Shown here: positions 55,424 to 64,000 of the stretch, in pieces
Position numbering within the stretch: the stretch's first letter is position 1
Layout: every line of letters begins with the position of its first letter
Origin: an uncultured bacterium
GTDB lineage: Bacteria > Actinomycetota > Acidimicrobiia > Spongiisociales > UBA5794
Length of the DNA stretch: 64,000 bases
NCBI GenBank assembly: GCA_963801165.1
Contig: CAWDDT010000005.1
Coordinates: forward strand, 544,001-608,000
Direction of reading: 5' to 3'
The notes under the pieces: generated by a model
Databases searched by the model: none
The model's input: only the letters and a program-made list of their open reading frames with translations
What the model was told of the DNA's origin: nothing
Made by a program: the position numbers and the translations under genes

Positions 55424-56842
55424 GGGCCTGTCAGATGCTTTGTGTAAGTGGGGTGGCCTGACATAGTGGCCCTGGACGCGGGTGGCGTTTGGGGTCTGTG
55501 GAAGGACCCACTGATGATGATTGACAAGGACGAGGCGACGGAGGTGGCGAAGGCTGCTGCGACTCCGCTGGTGTCGGCTGAGGTGTTGGACGAGTTGATG
55601 GCTCGGGTCAATGATGAAGGAGCCGAGCTGTTGGGCCCTGAGGGGCTGTTGTCGCAGGTGACCAAGGCGGTGTTGGAACGGGCTTTGGATGAGGAACTGA
55701 CTGGCGAGTTGGGTTATGAGAAGCATGACCCGGCGGGTCGGGGTTCTGGTAACTCGCGGAACGGCACCAGTTCGAAGACGGTGTTGACCGATATCGGTGC
55801 TATCGATTTGGAGATACCTCGGGATCGGAACGGCGATTTCGAACCGAAGATCGTCCCTAAGGGCACGACCAGGTTGAAGGGCTTCAATGAGCGGATCATT
55901 GCGTTGTATGCCCGAGGGATGACGGTTCGTGATATCCGTTCTCATCTCGCAGAGATCTACGGGGTTGACGTGTCACCGGATCTGATCTCGAAAGTCACCG
56001 ACGCTGTGTGGGATGAACTCGAATCCTGGCGCAACCGGCCGCTGGATGCGGTGTATCCGATTGTCTATATCGACGCTCTGAACATCAAGATCCGAGACGG
56101 GATCGTCCAGAACCGCCCGGCCTATCTGGCCGTCGGAGTTGATTTGGAGGGCCGCAAACACGTCCTTGGGATCTGGATCGGCGACTCGAACGGTGAAGGC
56201 GCCAAGTTTTGGCTCAAAGTGCTTTCCGAACTCAAGAACCGCGGCGTCAACGACGTGTTGATCGTCGCCTGTGACGGTCTCAAGGGTCTCCCCGAATCGA
56301 TCGAAACCGTGTGGCCACAAGCAGTGATCCAGACATGTGTCGTGCATCTGCTGCGAGGTTCGTTCCGATACGCCTCATACAAAGACCGCAAGAAGATCGC
56401 CACCGCGCTCCGGCCGGTCTACCAGGCGACATCAAAGGAAGCCGCCGTCGAGGCGCTCGGCAACTTCGAAGACGATTACGGGACAAAGTATCCCGCCATC
56501 GTCAAGTTGTGGCGGGACGCTTGGGAAGAGTTCACCCCCTTCTTGGACTATCCGCCGGAGATCCGCCGAGTGGTTTACACCACCAACATGATCGAATCGA
56601 TCAACTACCAGCTACGGAAGGTCACCAAGAACCGGGGGCACTTCCCCACCGAGAAAGCAGCCCTCAAACTGCTTTATCTCGCGGTGCGTAACATCACTAC
56701 CAACAGAGGAGGTGACACCGGCACAGGAACATGGGGATGGAGCAAGTGCCTCAACGCACTCGCCATCTACTTCCCCGGACGATTCACCATCGTCTAACCA
56801 AAACCGAATGCCACCCACTTACACAAACGTGCTGACACCCCC
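55424..56842 (+). mobile_element. IS256-family insertion sequence
   Basis: TIRs GGGCCTGTCAG..TTGTGTAAGTGGGGTGGC / GCCACCCACTTACACAA..CTGACACCCCC; 8-bp target duplication GACTCGCC (55416-55423, 56843-56850). Confidence 0.95.
55514..56797 (+). CDS. IS256-family transposase
   Basis: NSRNG, PRDRNGDFEP, VYIDA, ACDGLKG, QTCVVH, YTTNMIES. Confidence 0.96.
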   Translation: MMIDKDEATEVAKAAATPLVSAEVLDELMARVNDEGAELLGPEGLLSQVTKAVLERALDEELTGELGYEKHDPAGRGSGNSRNGTSSKTVLTDIGAIDLEIPRDRNGDFEPKIVPKGTTRLKGFNERIIALYARGMTVRDIRSHLAEIYGVDVSPDLISKVTDAVWDELESWRNRPLDAVYPIVYIDALNIKIRDGIVQNRPAYLAVGVDLEGRKHVLGIWIGDSNGEGAKFWLKVLSELKNRGVNDVLIVACDGLKGLPESIETVWPQAVIQTCVVHLLRGSFRYASYKDRKKIATALRPVYQATSKEAAVEALGNFEDDYGTKYPAIVKLWRDAWEEFTPFLDYPPEIRRVVYTTNMIESINYQLRKVTKNRGHFPTEKAALKLLYLAVRNITTNRGGDTGTGTWGWSKCLNALAIYFPGRFTIV

Positions 56843-57546
56843 GACTCGCCGGTGGGAGAGACCATGCTTTGGCTTGCCTGCTGGCGTTGAACGGGTTGCG
56901 GATTTCAGAAGCCCTCAACGCCGATATTGAGGATCTTGGGTTGGAACGCGGTCATCGCACCCTGACGGTCACTAGGAAGGGAGGCAAGATCGTCACCATC
57001 CCAATGGCACCCCGGACCGCAAGAGCCATCGACCTCTGTGTTGGTGGACGAGAGAACGGACCCATCTTCCTGAACCATGACGGCACCCGCCGCCTCGACC
57101 GGCACGCAGCTACCCGCATCTTCAAACGGCTTGCCAGGCACGAAGGGATTGAGAAGAACATCTCACCGCACTCGCTGCGGCACTCATTCATAACCGCCGC
57201 CCTCGATGCCGGTGTCGCTCTACGAGATGTCCAAGAGGCAGCATCCCACGCCGATCCCAGAACAACCATGCGCTACGACATGGCAAGACGATCACTAGAC
57301 CGGCACGCCACCTACATCGTCGCAACCTTCGTCGCCGGAGCCAGCCGATAGAACGCCCCGCTGGGCGTCGCCACCACCCACCGTGATGGCGCCGCGCCTA
57401 TCTGCCGGCTCGGGGACGCGAGTTGGTAGTCTATCCCGTAGCCGATCGGCGGGAAGAGCCGGGCGCCACTCGGCATCCGGCATATCACCTACCCAATACC
57501 ACGGCCTTGCGCGGCCCGTGGGGTACCCCGCCTCCGACGCTAGGTC

Positions 57547-58305
57547 CTAAGGCGAGCTGTTCACACCCGGGTCTTCGTTCGGGGGCGGAATGGGAATAGG
57601 CACGAGGTTGATTGTCTTACCTGGGACGTCGAGGCTGAAGCTGGCACACGGCCGTTCGTCAGTGGGTTCAGTCGCCACCACCATGCGCCACGTTGTCAGG
57701 TTATGGCTGTCTAGCAGTTGGTTGATCCGTTGCTGGGCATCGGCGATAGAGAGGCACTCCTCAGTATGGAACATGTCGACGAGGAGACTGATGAGTGCGG
57801 TGTTGTCATCTGGGGTGCGTGTTGGTTCGTGGTTGGCGAGGCCAAGTTCCTTGCACAGCGATTCATCGTGGCTTGGGAAGACCCACAGGGTGCCGGTGTC
57901 GTTGACGCATCCGACGAGTGAAGGGATTTCCCCTTTGTCTACCGATTCGGACTTGAGTGTGCCGTCTCGCCAGGGCTGCTCGCACGCAGCAACGGTCAGC
58001 GCTGGTGGGGCGGCGACCGCTTCTCGTGTCGAGTCGAGGGTGGTGGCTTCGTAGCAGACAACGACGCTGGGTTGTGTGGCTGGGCGGGCGAGGTAGTAGG
58101 CGGCAGCAACGCCGGCCAGTGCAGCGGCGGCTGCAATGGCTACGGTCAGGACTCGTCGTTTCCCTTGCGCCACAGTGGGAGTGTCCGCCTTGGCGGCCGC
58201 CTTGACACGCTGGCCGAAGTCCGATTCGGGGCCGGGCATGTCTTTGAGTGGCGCGGGATCGGACCGGCGCAGCATCTCGAACGGGTCTTCGTTATCTTTG
58301 GGCAC
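57547..58305 (-). CDS. Putative membrane anti-sigma factor with Cys-rich extracellular domain
   Basis: Overlaps sigma stop; DPFEMLRRSDP N-terminus, single TM (VLTVAIAAAAALAGVAAAYY), six extracellular Cys. Confidence 0.75.
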   Translation of the reverse strand: MPKDNEDPFEMLRRSDPAPLKDMPGPESDFGQRVKAAAKADTPTVAQGKRRVLTVAIAAAAALAGVAAAYYLARPATQPSVVVCYEATTLDSTREAVAAPPALTVAACEQPWRDGTLKSESVDKGEIPSLVGCVNDTGTLWVFPSHDESLCKELGLANHEPTRTPDDNTALISLLVDMFHTEECLSIADAQQRINQLLDSHNLTTWRMVVATEPTDERPCASFSLDVPGKTINLVPIPIPPPNEDPGVNSSP

Positions 58306-58927
58306 ACGCACCCCCTGATTCTCCCGGTTCGTCCCCTCGGCTTGTGTCTGATATGGATGTGTCCGCCTCACCAGGATTGTCGTCCGTCCCCAACCGGCTC
58401 AGCTGTTGCTCAAGGCGCTTGCGTGCCGAATAGCGGCGATCTCGCACTCTGTCGGGCCGAATGTCGAGGACGATTCCGATTTCGCTATTGCTGAGCCCTT
58501 CGAAAGCTGCGAGGCGTATGAGTTCTTGGTCTATTGGAGAAAGCTGCGCTAGCGCCAGCAAGATTGCGTCTGATCCCTCGCTGGAGGTGACCAGTTCGGC
58601 GGGATTGTCGCTGCGTTTCTGCCGCCAATCAGTTGTGAGGCGATCGACCAACCGGCGCCTACGGGATCGTGCACGGTGTTGGTTGGCGAGGACACGGCGA
58701 GCGACCCCGTACAGCCAAGCTATGTGTACGTCGGCGGAGCGCACCTGATGAAGCTTGCGCCAAGCGACCACATAGACCTCGGCCACTGCATCGTCGGCGT
58801 CCTCAGGAGTCGCCGCCCGCCTCCTGCAATAGGCAACGACCTGTCTGAAGGTTGCTGCATGAAGCTCGTCAAAGAACCGATCCGCTTGCAGGCTGGCTTC
58901 CCTCGCGGTGTTGTCTTTGGCAGCCAC
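58292..58927 (-). CDS. ECF-family RNA polymerase sigma factor
   Basis: VVAYCRRR..DADDAVAEVYVVAWRK, AWLYGVARRVLAN, LAAFEGLSNSEIGIVL..VRDRRYSARKRL. Confidence 0.93.
   Translation of the reverse strand: MAAKDNTAREASLQADRFFDELHAATFRQVVAYCRRRAATPEDADDAVAEVYVVAWRKLHQVRSADVHIAWLYGVARRVLANQHRARSRRRRLVDRLTTDWRQKRSDNPAELVTSSEGSDAILLALAQLSPIDQELIRLAAFEGLSNSEIGIVLDIRPDRVRDRRYSARKRLEQQLSRLGTDDNPGEADTSISDTSRGDEPGESGGACAQR
58358..58382 (-). promoter_or_regulatory. Putative ECF promoter motif B inside the sigma gene, upstream of the anti-sigma gene
   Basis: Minus strand CGAC-N13-CGGACACA. Confidence 0.62.
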
Positions 58928-58948
58928 GTCCCCCCTCAGGACGGCAGG

Positions 58949-59548
58949 TCATGTGATCCACACCGACGACACGTCGTTGTTCCATCCCGTGGCCATCGAT
59001 GTAGCCACATCGTACGCTTGAGTCTGACTTGTCGGATACCAGTCACCAGTGCCGCCGGCGAGATCAGCGAAGTACGCAGAGCATGCGCCGATTTTGAACG
59101 ACGACGTCTTCTGGTTGAAACCCGAATCCACAAGGTTGTACCACACTTGTCGGCCCCGGAGATAAAGAGCCGATCCCGTATAGGACGTGCCGTCGTAGAG
59201 ACGCACGGAGCTGGAGCAGTACGTCACACCCATCGTTGCAGCGTCCAGGTCTTGGTGAGGACGGGCTTCGACTTGCGGTAGCTTGCTCTCGAGCTCGGCG
59301 ATCCGCTTGTCCATCTCCACCTCGGTGCGGAAACACTCCGGTGTGTCGATGGCCGCTGGCCAGACCATGCACGCAGCGGCGCCCTCCCAATCACGGCTCA
59401 TGTCAATGAGCTCGCCCTCAAACAACGCCAGGGTCGCCTCTGCACTAGGCGGCGCTTCGTTCTCCGAAGCGGATGCCGTTGCCGGCGCCGCCATCACAAT
59501 GAACATGGCAATCGTCACAATCAAGCGAGTGATTCGTCGGTAATCCAT
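58949..59548 (-). CDS. Secreted protein with N-terminal Cys pair and beta/gamma-crystallin-like domain
   Basis: Signal peptide ending ASA; ACMVW..PECF; LYDGTSYTG, FNQKTSS, WNNDVSSV; resembles 8143-8679. Confidence 0.78.
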   Translation of the reverse strand: MDYRRITRLIVTIAMFIVMAAPATASASENEAPPSAEATLALFEGELIDMSRDWEGAAACMVWPAAIDTPECFRTEVEMDKRIAELESKLPQVEARPHQDLDAATMGVTYCSSSVRLYDGTSYTGSALYLRGRQVWYNLVDSGFNQKTSSFKIGACSAYFADLAGGTGDWYPTSQTQAYDVATSMATGWNNDVSSVWIT

Positions 59549-59623
59549 AGTCTGTGTCTCTCCTTTGCTAAACGGCGCCTGGCATCGCGCCGGCGCAGCA
59601 ACAGAACCACGCCTATCAGGATG

Positions 59624-59648
59624 TGTGTCCGGGTACGGTCAAACGTCG
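59624..59648 (-). promoter_or_regulatory. Putative ECF promoter motif B
   Basis: Minus strand CGAC-N13-CGGACACA, 75 nt upstream of the 59548 start. Confidence 0.65.
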
Positions 59649-59707
59649 GCGACATTTCTTAGCGAACCGACACTAATAACACGACCAGTTCTCTCAGGAG
59701 GTGACTC

Positions 59708-60307
59708 ATCGCACAAGTAGTAGGGCTGTCGCTGAGCAGCAACGCCGTGTGCGCGCTGTCAGTGTCCACCCTCATTGCCAGTCAACACGGACTCATCGAT
59801 CACCTGCGCCAAACAGGAGTTCGGGTTGTTCCGGTTGCTCAAGGAAGGTCGTATCCGCCCTGGATTCATGTGATCGCGTGGGAGGAGCTGGCAGAATGGA
59901 AGGCCGAGGACACTCCCAGCCTGATCGTAATCGCGCAGCGGGCAGACGAGTCTGAGCAACGGTTAGCCGCCAAACTTGGTGCGGCGGCGCTGATCGCCGA
60001 CGATAGGTTACGCGAAGATTTCGCGTCGGTTATTCAGGCTGTGACGGCAGGCTTCTACCCGGTGCCCCTTCGCGTCGCTCCGAGTCTGGCATCCCGCATT
60101 GCCGTTCCCCCGGCCAGCATCGGGTTGGATGACGTCGCCATACTGAAGTACCTGCTGCAAGGGGCGACCGTTGCGGATGTCGCAGCTGAGATGGGATGCT
60201 CCGAGCGGCATGCCCGCCGCAAACTACGGACAGTATGGGATCAAATGGGGGTTAGTGGGCGCCGAGAAGGCCTTGCCGAAGCCGTACGGTGGGGACTGTC
60301 GCATTGA
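59708..60307 (+). CDS. LuxR/NarL-like regulator with degenerate receiver domain
   Basis: C-terminal HTH ILKYLLQGATVADVAAEMGCSERHARRKL..MGV; no canonical receiver Asp motif. Track start GTG 59747; frame open back to ATC 59708 after AGGAGGT. Confidence 0.75.
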   Translation: MAQVVGLSLSSNAVCALSVSTLIASQHGLIDHLRQTGVRVVPVAQGRSYPPWIHVIAWEELAEWKAEDTPSLIVIAQRADESEQRLAAKLGAAALIADDRLREDFASVIQAVTAGFYPVPLRVAPSLASRIAVPPASIGLDDVAILKYLLQGATVADVAAEMGCSERHARRKLRTVWDQMGVSGRREGLAEAVRWGLSH

Positions 60308-60535
60308 GGTCTCGACAGCCTCATCCAGAGGATCGATACCCCGGTAGGTGCTACGTGGAGGCCAACCCGAAAACGGTCGGTTGTGTGCAAGGCTCACCGA
60401 GCCAGGTTCCTATCCGACCTAACGCTGGCGTCAACAGCCACCACCGGGATCCCGACTGCCACGCCTCGTATGGCACCTCGCTGCATCCCATCTCCTCTCG
60501 CCCCGACCTGGGCCGCCCGAGCTGAGGAAGGCGTC

Positions 60536-60560
60536 CGACAAACAGGGCTGTGCGGACACA
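60536..60560 (+). promoter_or_regulatory. Putative ECF promoter motif B for the peptide-ABC operon
   Basis: CGAC-N13-CGGACACA about 50 nt upstream of 60610. Confidence 0.65.
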
Positions 60561-60609
60561 TAAGGATTGTCTGGGGCTCTCACAGTGGGAGCCCTGTTGG
60601 AAGGAGATG

Positions 60610-60927
60610 ATGGAAGTGGAGCTAGTCGTACGTCGTAGACTGCCAGCGCTCTTGCTTGCGTTGGCAATGCTCGTGGGGATGCTGGGCGTCACGGCCGGTC
60701 CCGCAGACGCGGTGGATTGCATCCGTGGTGACACGGTGAGCTACTCGAGCGATTGGGCTCGAACCGTCGATGTGAACGGCTATTGCGGCACTGTCGGCGC
60801 GAATCACAAATACGACCCGGTATGGAGCAGCAACAACTACTGGACCGGTTGGTATTACGGTGCCGACGTCGCCCAGACGCCGAGCACGGCGGAGCTGTAC
60901 CTACACGCACATTGGTCCAGTTCGTAG
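60610..60927 (+). CDS. Small secreted protein (about 70-aa mature, two Cys, Trp/Tyr-rich); bacteriocin-like candidate
   Basis: AAGGAG SD; Sec signal ending ADA; mature VDCIRGD...GYCG...YWTGWYYG; first gene of an exporter operon. Confidence 0.72.
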   Translation: MEVELVVRRRLPALLLALAMLVGMLGVTAGPADAVDCIRGDTVSYSSDWARTVDVNGYCGTVGANHKYDPVWSSNNYWTGWYYGADVAQTPSTAELYLHAHWSSS

Positions 60928-60932
60928 TTAGC

Positions 60933-61541
60933 ATGCGACTCGTGAGAAGCGTCGTTTTGCTTGGGCTAGTTGTCCTCGTTGCCGGTTGTTCAGGCAACGG
61001 GGACAACCCGTCTGTCCCGTCGTCGTCGGCCGTACCCGGAGAAGATATCCCGGGCCTCTATCAGGAGGCAGAAGCTGCGGGCGCCGACGAGAGCCAGCTT
61101 GCGGCACTTGCGGACGCTGTTGTCACCTTCGGTGAGTATGAGACGTCGATGCAGCAGACGTTTGCGTGCATCCGTGATGCTGGAGTTGAGGTGGTGGAAC
61201 TGGGGACGGACGAGTCACGCGGGTTCCCAATACTCAACTATGCGACGGCGGCCAGCGCCCCCGGCCTCACAGAGGCTGAGGTAGCGGCGGCTACCGAGGA
61301 TTGTATGGTGCGGTTTGGCAAGTTCGTGGATACAGCATGGCAGGTCTATAGCGATGAGGCTGTCGAGGCATCGGATGCTCGTTGGGATCGGGTGCGAGCA
61401 CCGCTTCTTGAGTGTCTCTCGGCGGCTGGAGAGGATCTCCCTCCGGATGCGTCGCGCACCGAGATGCTTGCGGCGTCGCAGCAGATCATGGATCGTGGCG
61501 GGGTGGATTGCCTGACCGAGGCTGACTTCTTCGGCGAGTAG
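60933..61541 (+). CDS. Lipoprotein with paired Cys motifs
   Basis: Lipobox VAGC; FACIRDAGV, DCM, LECLSAAG, DCL. Confidence 0.8.
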   Translation: MRLVRSVVLLGLVVLVAGCSGNGDNPSVPSSSAVPGEDIPGLYQEAEAAGADESQLAALADAVVTFGEYETSMQQTFACIRDAGVEVVELGTDESRGFPILNYATAASAPGLTEAEVAAATEDCMVRFGKFVDTAWQVYSDEAVEASDARWDRVRAPLLECLSAAGEDLPPDASRTEMLAASQQIMDRGGVDCLTEADFFGE

Positions 61542-61564
61542 TAGGAGGCGACGACATCCGAGTT

Positions 61565-62587
61565 GTGCTGTTGTTCGTGACGCTGGTATTCCTGGTCCCA
61601 GGTGCGATCTTGGCTGCAATCGTGGTGGCAGGAAGCGATGACCCTTCTCCGCTGACGGGTGACGTCGCTTCGGAGCCGCTCGTTGTAGATGTGTCCGTCT
61701 CGAGTCGTCTTGACGAATACCGGGTCGCGCTCACTGTGAATAGTCTCCCGCCGGCAACGCTCAAGGCCGTAGGGCTGTCCGGTCGGATAACCGACGTCAA
61801 TGTTGCTTCTGGGGCAACGTTGACCTCCGGTGACCCGATTCTGGCAGTAGGTGACGTCGAGCGACTGGCCATGGTGGCCGACGGTCCGCTGTGGCGTGAC
61901 CTCGGCAGCGGCGACAACGGTGATGATGTCGAGAGGCTGCAGCGGTTCCTCACCGACCTTGGCTACGACACGAGTGGGGCGGACGGTTCCGTTGGTCCGA
62001 GCACGTTGGCAGCGATTCGAGCGTTCAACAACGACTACGGGTGGGGTCAGCCGTCGGGCCTGTTTCGTAGCGGTGCCGTCATCTGGATCGGGGCAACCGA
62101 CTTCGCTGTGGGCGAAGTGGCTGTCAAGACCGGAGATCTGATCGACGGCGGCCAAGAGCTCGCCATTGGCCCCGAATATGCCAAGTCGGTGACAGTGGCA
62201 GAACCGCCCAATGCCCCCAGGCAAACAGATGAGGACTACGTCCTGGTTGTAGAAGGCATTTCTGTTCCCTACGTACCGGGGTCGGACGTAATCGACGACT
62301 TCGATGACGCTCAAGCGGTGGCGAATGCAGTTGGTGACAGTGAGGAACCAGGCGGCGTCGTGCAACGCAATGAAGCTCGACAAGTCAAGGTCGTCCCCGC
62401 TACCGCGGTGGTGACGGATCAAGCAGGGGGACGATGTGTCTATGTCCCCGACGGATCTGGATTCCTCCCCGTTGCTGTGGAACCTATCGGCGGAGGCGTC
62501 GCCACTGTCGAGATAGACGCCTCGTTCAACCACGAAACCGTCCTCTCCAACCCGCGACAAGTTCTCGGGGCACCGACGTGCAGCTGA
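61565..62587 (+). CDS. Peptidoglycan-binding, membrane-fusion-like transporter adaptor
   Basis: N-terminal TM; lipoyl-like GRITDVNVASG; PG-binding WRDLGSGDNGDDVERLQRFLTDLGY; VVPATAV. Confidence 0.82.
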   Translation: MLLFVTLVFLVPGAILAAIVVAGSDDPSPLTGDVASEPLVVDVSVSSRLDEYRVALTVNSLPPATLKAVGLSGRITDVNVASGATLTSGDPILAVGDVERLAMVADGPLWRDLGSGDNGDDVERLQRFLTDLGYDTSGADGSVGPSTLAAIRAFNNDYGWGQPSGLFRSGAVIWIGATDFAVGEVAVKTGDLIDGGQELAIGPEYAKSVTVAEPPNAPRQTDEDYVLVVEGISVPYVPGSDVIDDFDDAQAVANAVGDSEEPGGVVQRNEARQVKVVPATAVVTDQAGGRCVYVPDGSGFLPVAVEPIGGGVATVEIDASFNHETVLSNPRQVLGAPTCS

Positions 62588-63216
62588 GCGCGACCGACAT
62601 CACACATCGATACGACCGCACAGCCTCACCGGTCCTCGACGACGTCACTCTTGAGGTGGGCCTTGGCGAGCGAGTAGCGGTGATGGGCCCGTCGGGCTCG
62701 GGCAAAACCACCCTGCTTGCGATCCTCGGCGGCATGCTCAAACCCACACACGGTCGTGCCGCCATTCACGTCGACGACGACCGAACCCTCTCGCCCGGCG
62801 GCTATGTAGCATGGGTACTCCAGACCAGCAACATCCTGCCCGACCGCTCCACCCTCGACAATGTCACTATCGGAGCCTTCGCCGCAGGTCAAAGACGACC
62901 TGCCGCGACACGCGAAGCCGGACATGCCCTCGGTTTGGTTGGCCTGTCCTCCCTTGCGACAAGGCCGGTGCGCCAACTCTCCGGAGGTGAGGTGCAACGA
63001 GTCGCCACCGCAAGGGCCATCGTTTCACGACGTCCGTTCATTCTCGCCGACGAGCCTACCGGCCAACTAGACCAGGCTACATCCGTACCGGTCCTTGATG
63101 CGCTCCTTGCTGACAGCGAGTCCAGAGGTGTGGTCGTTGTAACTCACGACCCTGCCGTCGCGCAGCGGTGCGATCGGATCTACCGGCTCGAGAACGCCCG
63201 ACTCGTGACGGCATGA
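62578..63216 (+). CDS. ABC transporter ATP-binding protein (LolD/MacB-like)
   Basis: GPSGSGKT, LSGGE, ILADEPTGQLD, VVTHD. Confidence 0.93.
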   Translation: MQLSATDITHRYDRTASPVLDDVTLEVGLGERVAVMGPSGSGKTTLLAILGGMLKPTHGRAAIHVDDDRTLSPGGYVAWVLQTSNILPDRSTLDNVTIGAFAAGQRRPAATREAGHALGLVGLSSLATRPVRQLSGGEVQRVATARAIVSRRPFILADEPTGQLDQATSVPVLDALLADSESRGVVVVTHDPAVAQRCDRIYRLENARLVTA

Positions 63217-64000
63217 CTCGCACTCCGAACCCCGCACCTCGTCAGCGTTGGCCCCTAACAGCTGCGGTTGGAGAGGGAGTACGCAACGCGGCCCACGGCC
63301 GGACTTCTACCGCAGTGCTCTTGTTATTGATCGGCTGGGGAATCGGAGCACTCGCAAGCCTCGACGCCCGCAACGTAAACCAAATAGTCATCGAGGAACA
63401 GCAGTTCGTAGACGCCGGGGGTCGGGTTCTCGTCGCAGAAACACCCACCGGCGTAGACCGGCAGCGCTGCGACGCTCTCAACTCAAGTACCGGCGTGGTC
63501 GCGGCAACGGCCGTATCCCGTCTAACTGTCTTCTATGAGATCAGAGCCCTTCCCGGCAGCCAGGTCGCCGTCATCACCGCGACCAGCGGGATCGCCGGGT
63601 TTGTCGCCAATGCTGCTCCGGTCGGAACTCAAGCAGCATTGACTCCCCAACTCACAGAACGAATCGGAATCGGACCCGGCGAATCTATCGAACTAGTCGA
63701 ACCGAACCAACGCTCCGGACCAGTGACCACGAACGACACCGTTCCAGCAGAACCGCTCACCATCGGTCCAGCAGTAGATCTTGCTCTACTTGGTGACACC
63801 TACAACACCGGGGTGCTGATCCCGGCCGCTCCGATCGGGGTCGCGGATGCATGTTACGTTTGGGCTGAACCCAGCCACCTGGAAGCTCTCTCGGCGGCGC
63901 TCCCCGCACTACTCGTCCGTGATGGTGAAGAGGCTACCGTCCGACCGCGGCTCTTCGAAGGCGAGTTCACGGTGGACTACCAACGCCAGTACGACTCCCG
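63213..64000 (+). CDS. Putative ABC permease (FtsX/MacB-like), truncated by the window end
   Basis: ATGA overlap with the ATPase; MTRTPNP..EGVRNAAHGRTSTAVLLLLIGWGIGALASL TM followed by an extracellular domain. Not in the ORF track, consistent with no stop before the window end. Confidence 0.72.
   Translation, partial: MTRTPNPAPRQRWPLTAAVGEGVRNAAHGRTSTAVLLLLIGWGIGALASLDARNVNQIVIEEQQFVDAGGRVLVAETPTGVDRQRCDALNSSTGVVAATAVSRLTVFYEIRALPGSQVAVITATSGIAGFVANAAPVGTQAALTPQLTERIGIGPGESIELVEPNQRSGPVTTNDTVPAEPLTIGPAVDLALLGDTYNTGVLIPAAPIGVADACYVWAEPSHLEALSAALPALLVRDGEEATVRPRLFEGEFTVDYQRQYDS

Larger units (their letters stand above)
54998..57351 (+). pseudogene. XerC/D-like tyrosine recombinase split by IS256
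   Basis: N-part (TREAYSLDL, ATVARRLS) to 55423 and C-part (NGLRISEA, RKGGK, PHSLRH, ASHADPRTTMRY) rejoin in frame as AGLAGGRDHALACLL after removing the IS and one duplication. Confidence 0.92.
48338..64000. mobile_element. Integrative mobilizable element 2 / genomic island at tRNA-Ser(TGA), right end not seen
   Basis: Integrase converges on the tRNA 3' end; divergent MobF relaxase; accessory cargo to the window end. No second att copy was noticed, so the extent is inferred. Confidence 0.75.

Noticed and set aside
48338-64000. Element 2 as a prophage or self-transmissible ICE
   Set aside because: No capsid, terminase, tail, T4SS, coupling protein or TraB genes in the visible part.

Overview
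High-GC actinobacterial DNA (gene content and a long-form SRP RNA suggest a deep-branching lineage such as Acidimicrobiia; this is inference) from the conserved origin-proximal region. The core backbone runs tRNA-Ile, tRNA-Ala, thiolase, crgA, sortase, pabA/trpG, pknB-pbpA-rodA-pstP, fhaB-fhaA, tRNA-Leu, serS, SRP RNA, tadA and three tRNA-Ser genes. It is flanked by two tRNA-integrated elements, each encoding a tyrosine integrase and a MobF (TrwC-like) relaxase-helicase, with no mating-pair genes visible. Element 1 is complete (4838-18767, 48-bp att duplication of tRNA-Ile). Element 2 starts at tRNA-Ser(TGA) near 48.3 kb and has no right att site in the window. The main finding is that both accessory regions carry the same three-gene module: a secreted Cys-motif/beta-gamma-crystallin-like protein, an ECF sigma factor and a membrane anti-sigma. 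Each module has its own repeated bipartite promoter-like motif, GTGAAC[C/G]-N16-CAAAG in element 1 and CGAC-N13-CGGACACA in the right-hand region. Copies lie in front of the module, inside the 3' end of the sigma gene, and in front of secreted-effector operons (peptidoglycan hydrolases with lipoproteins, or a small secreted Cys peptide with an ABC exporter). This looks like a mobile, self-contained extracellular sensing-and-response regulon. Also present: IS481 and IS256 with target duplications, a 156-bp palindromic repeat family, integrase arm-like repeats, DnaA-box-like sites and several element scars. All calls come from reading the sequence; no database search was run.
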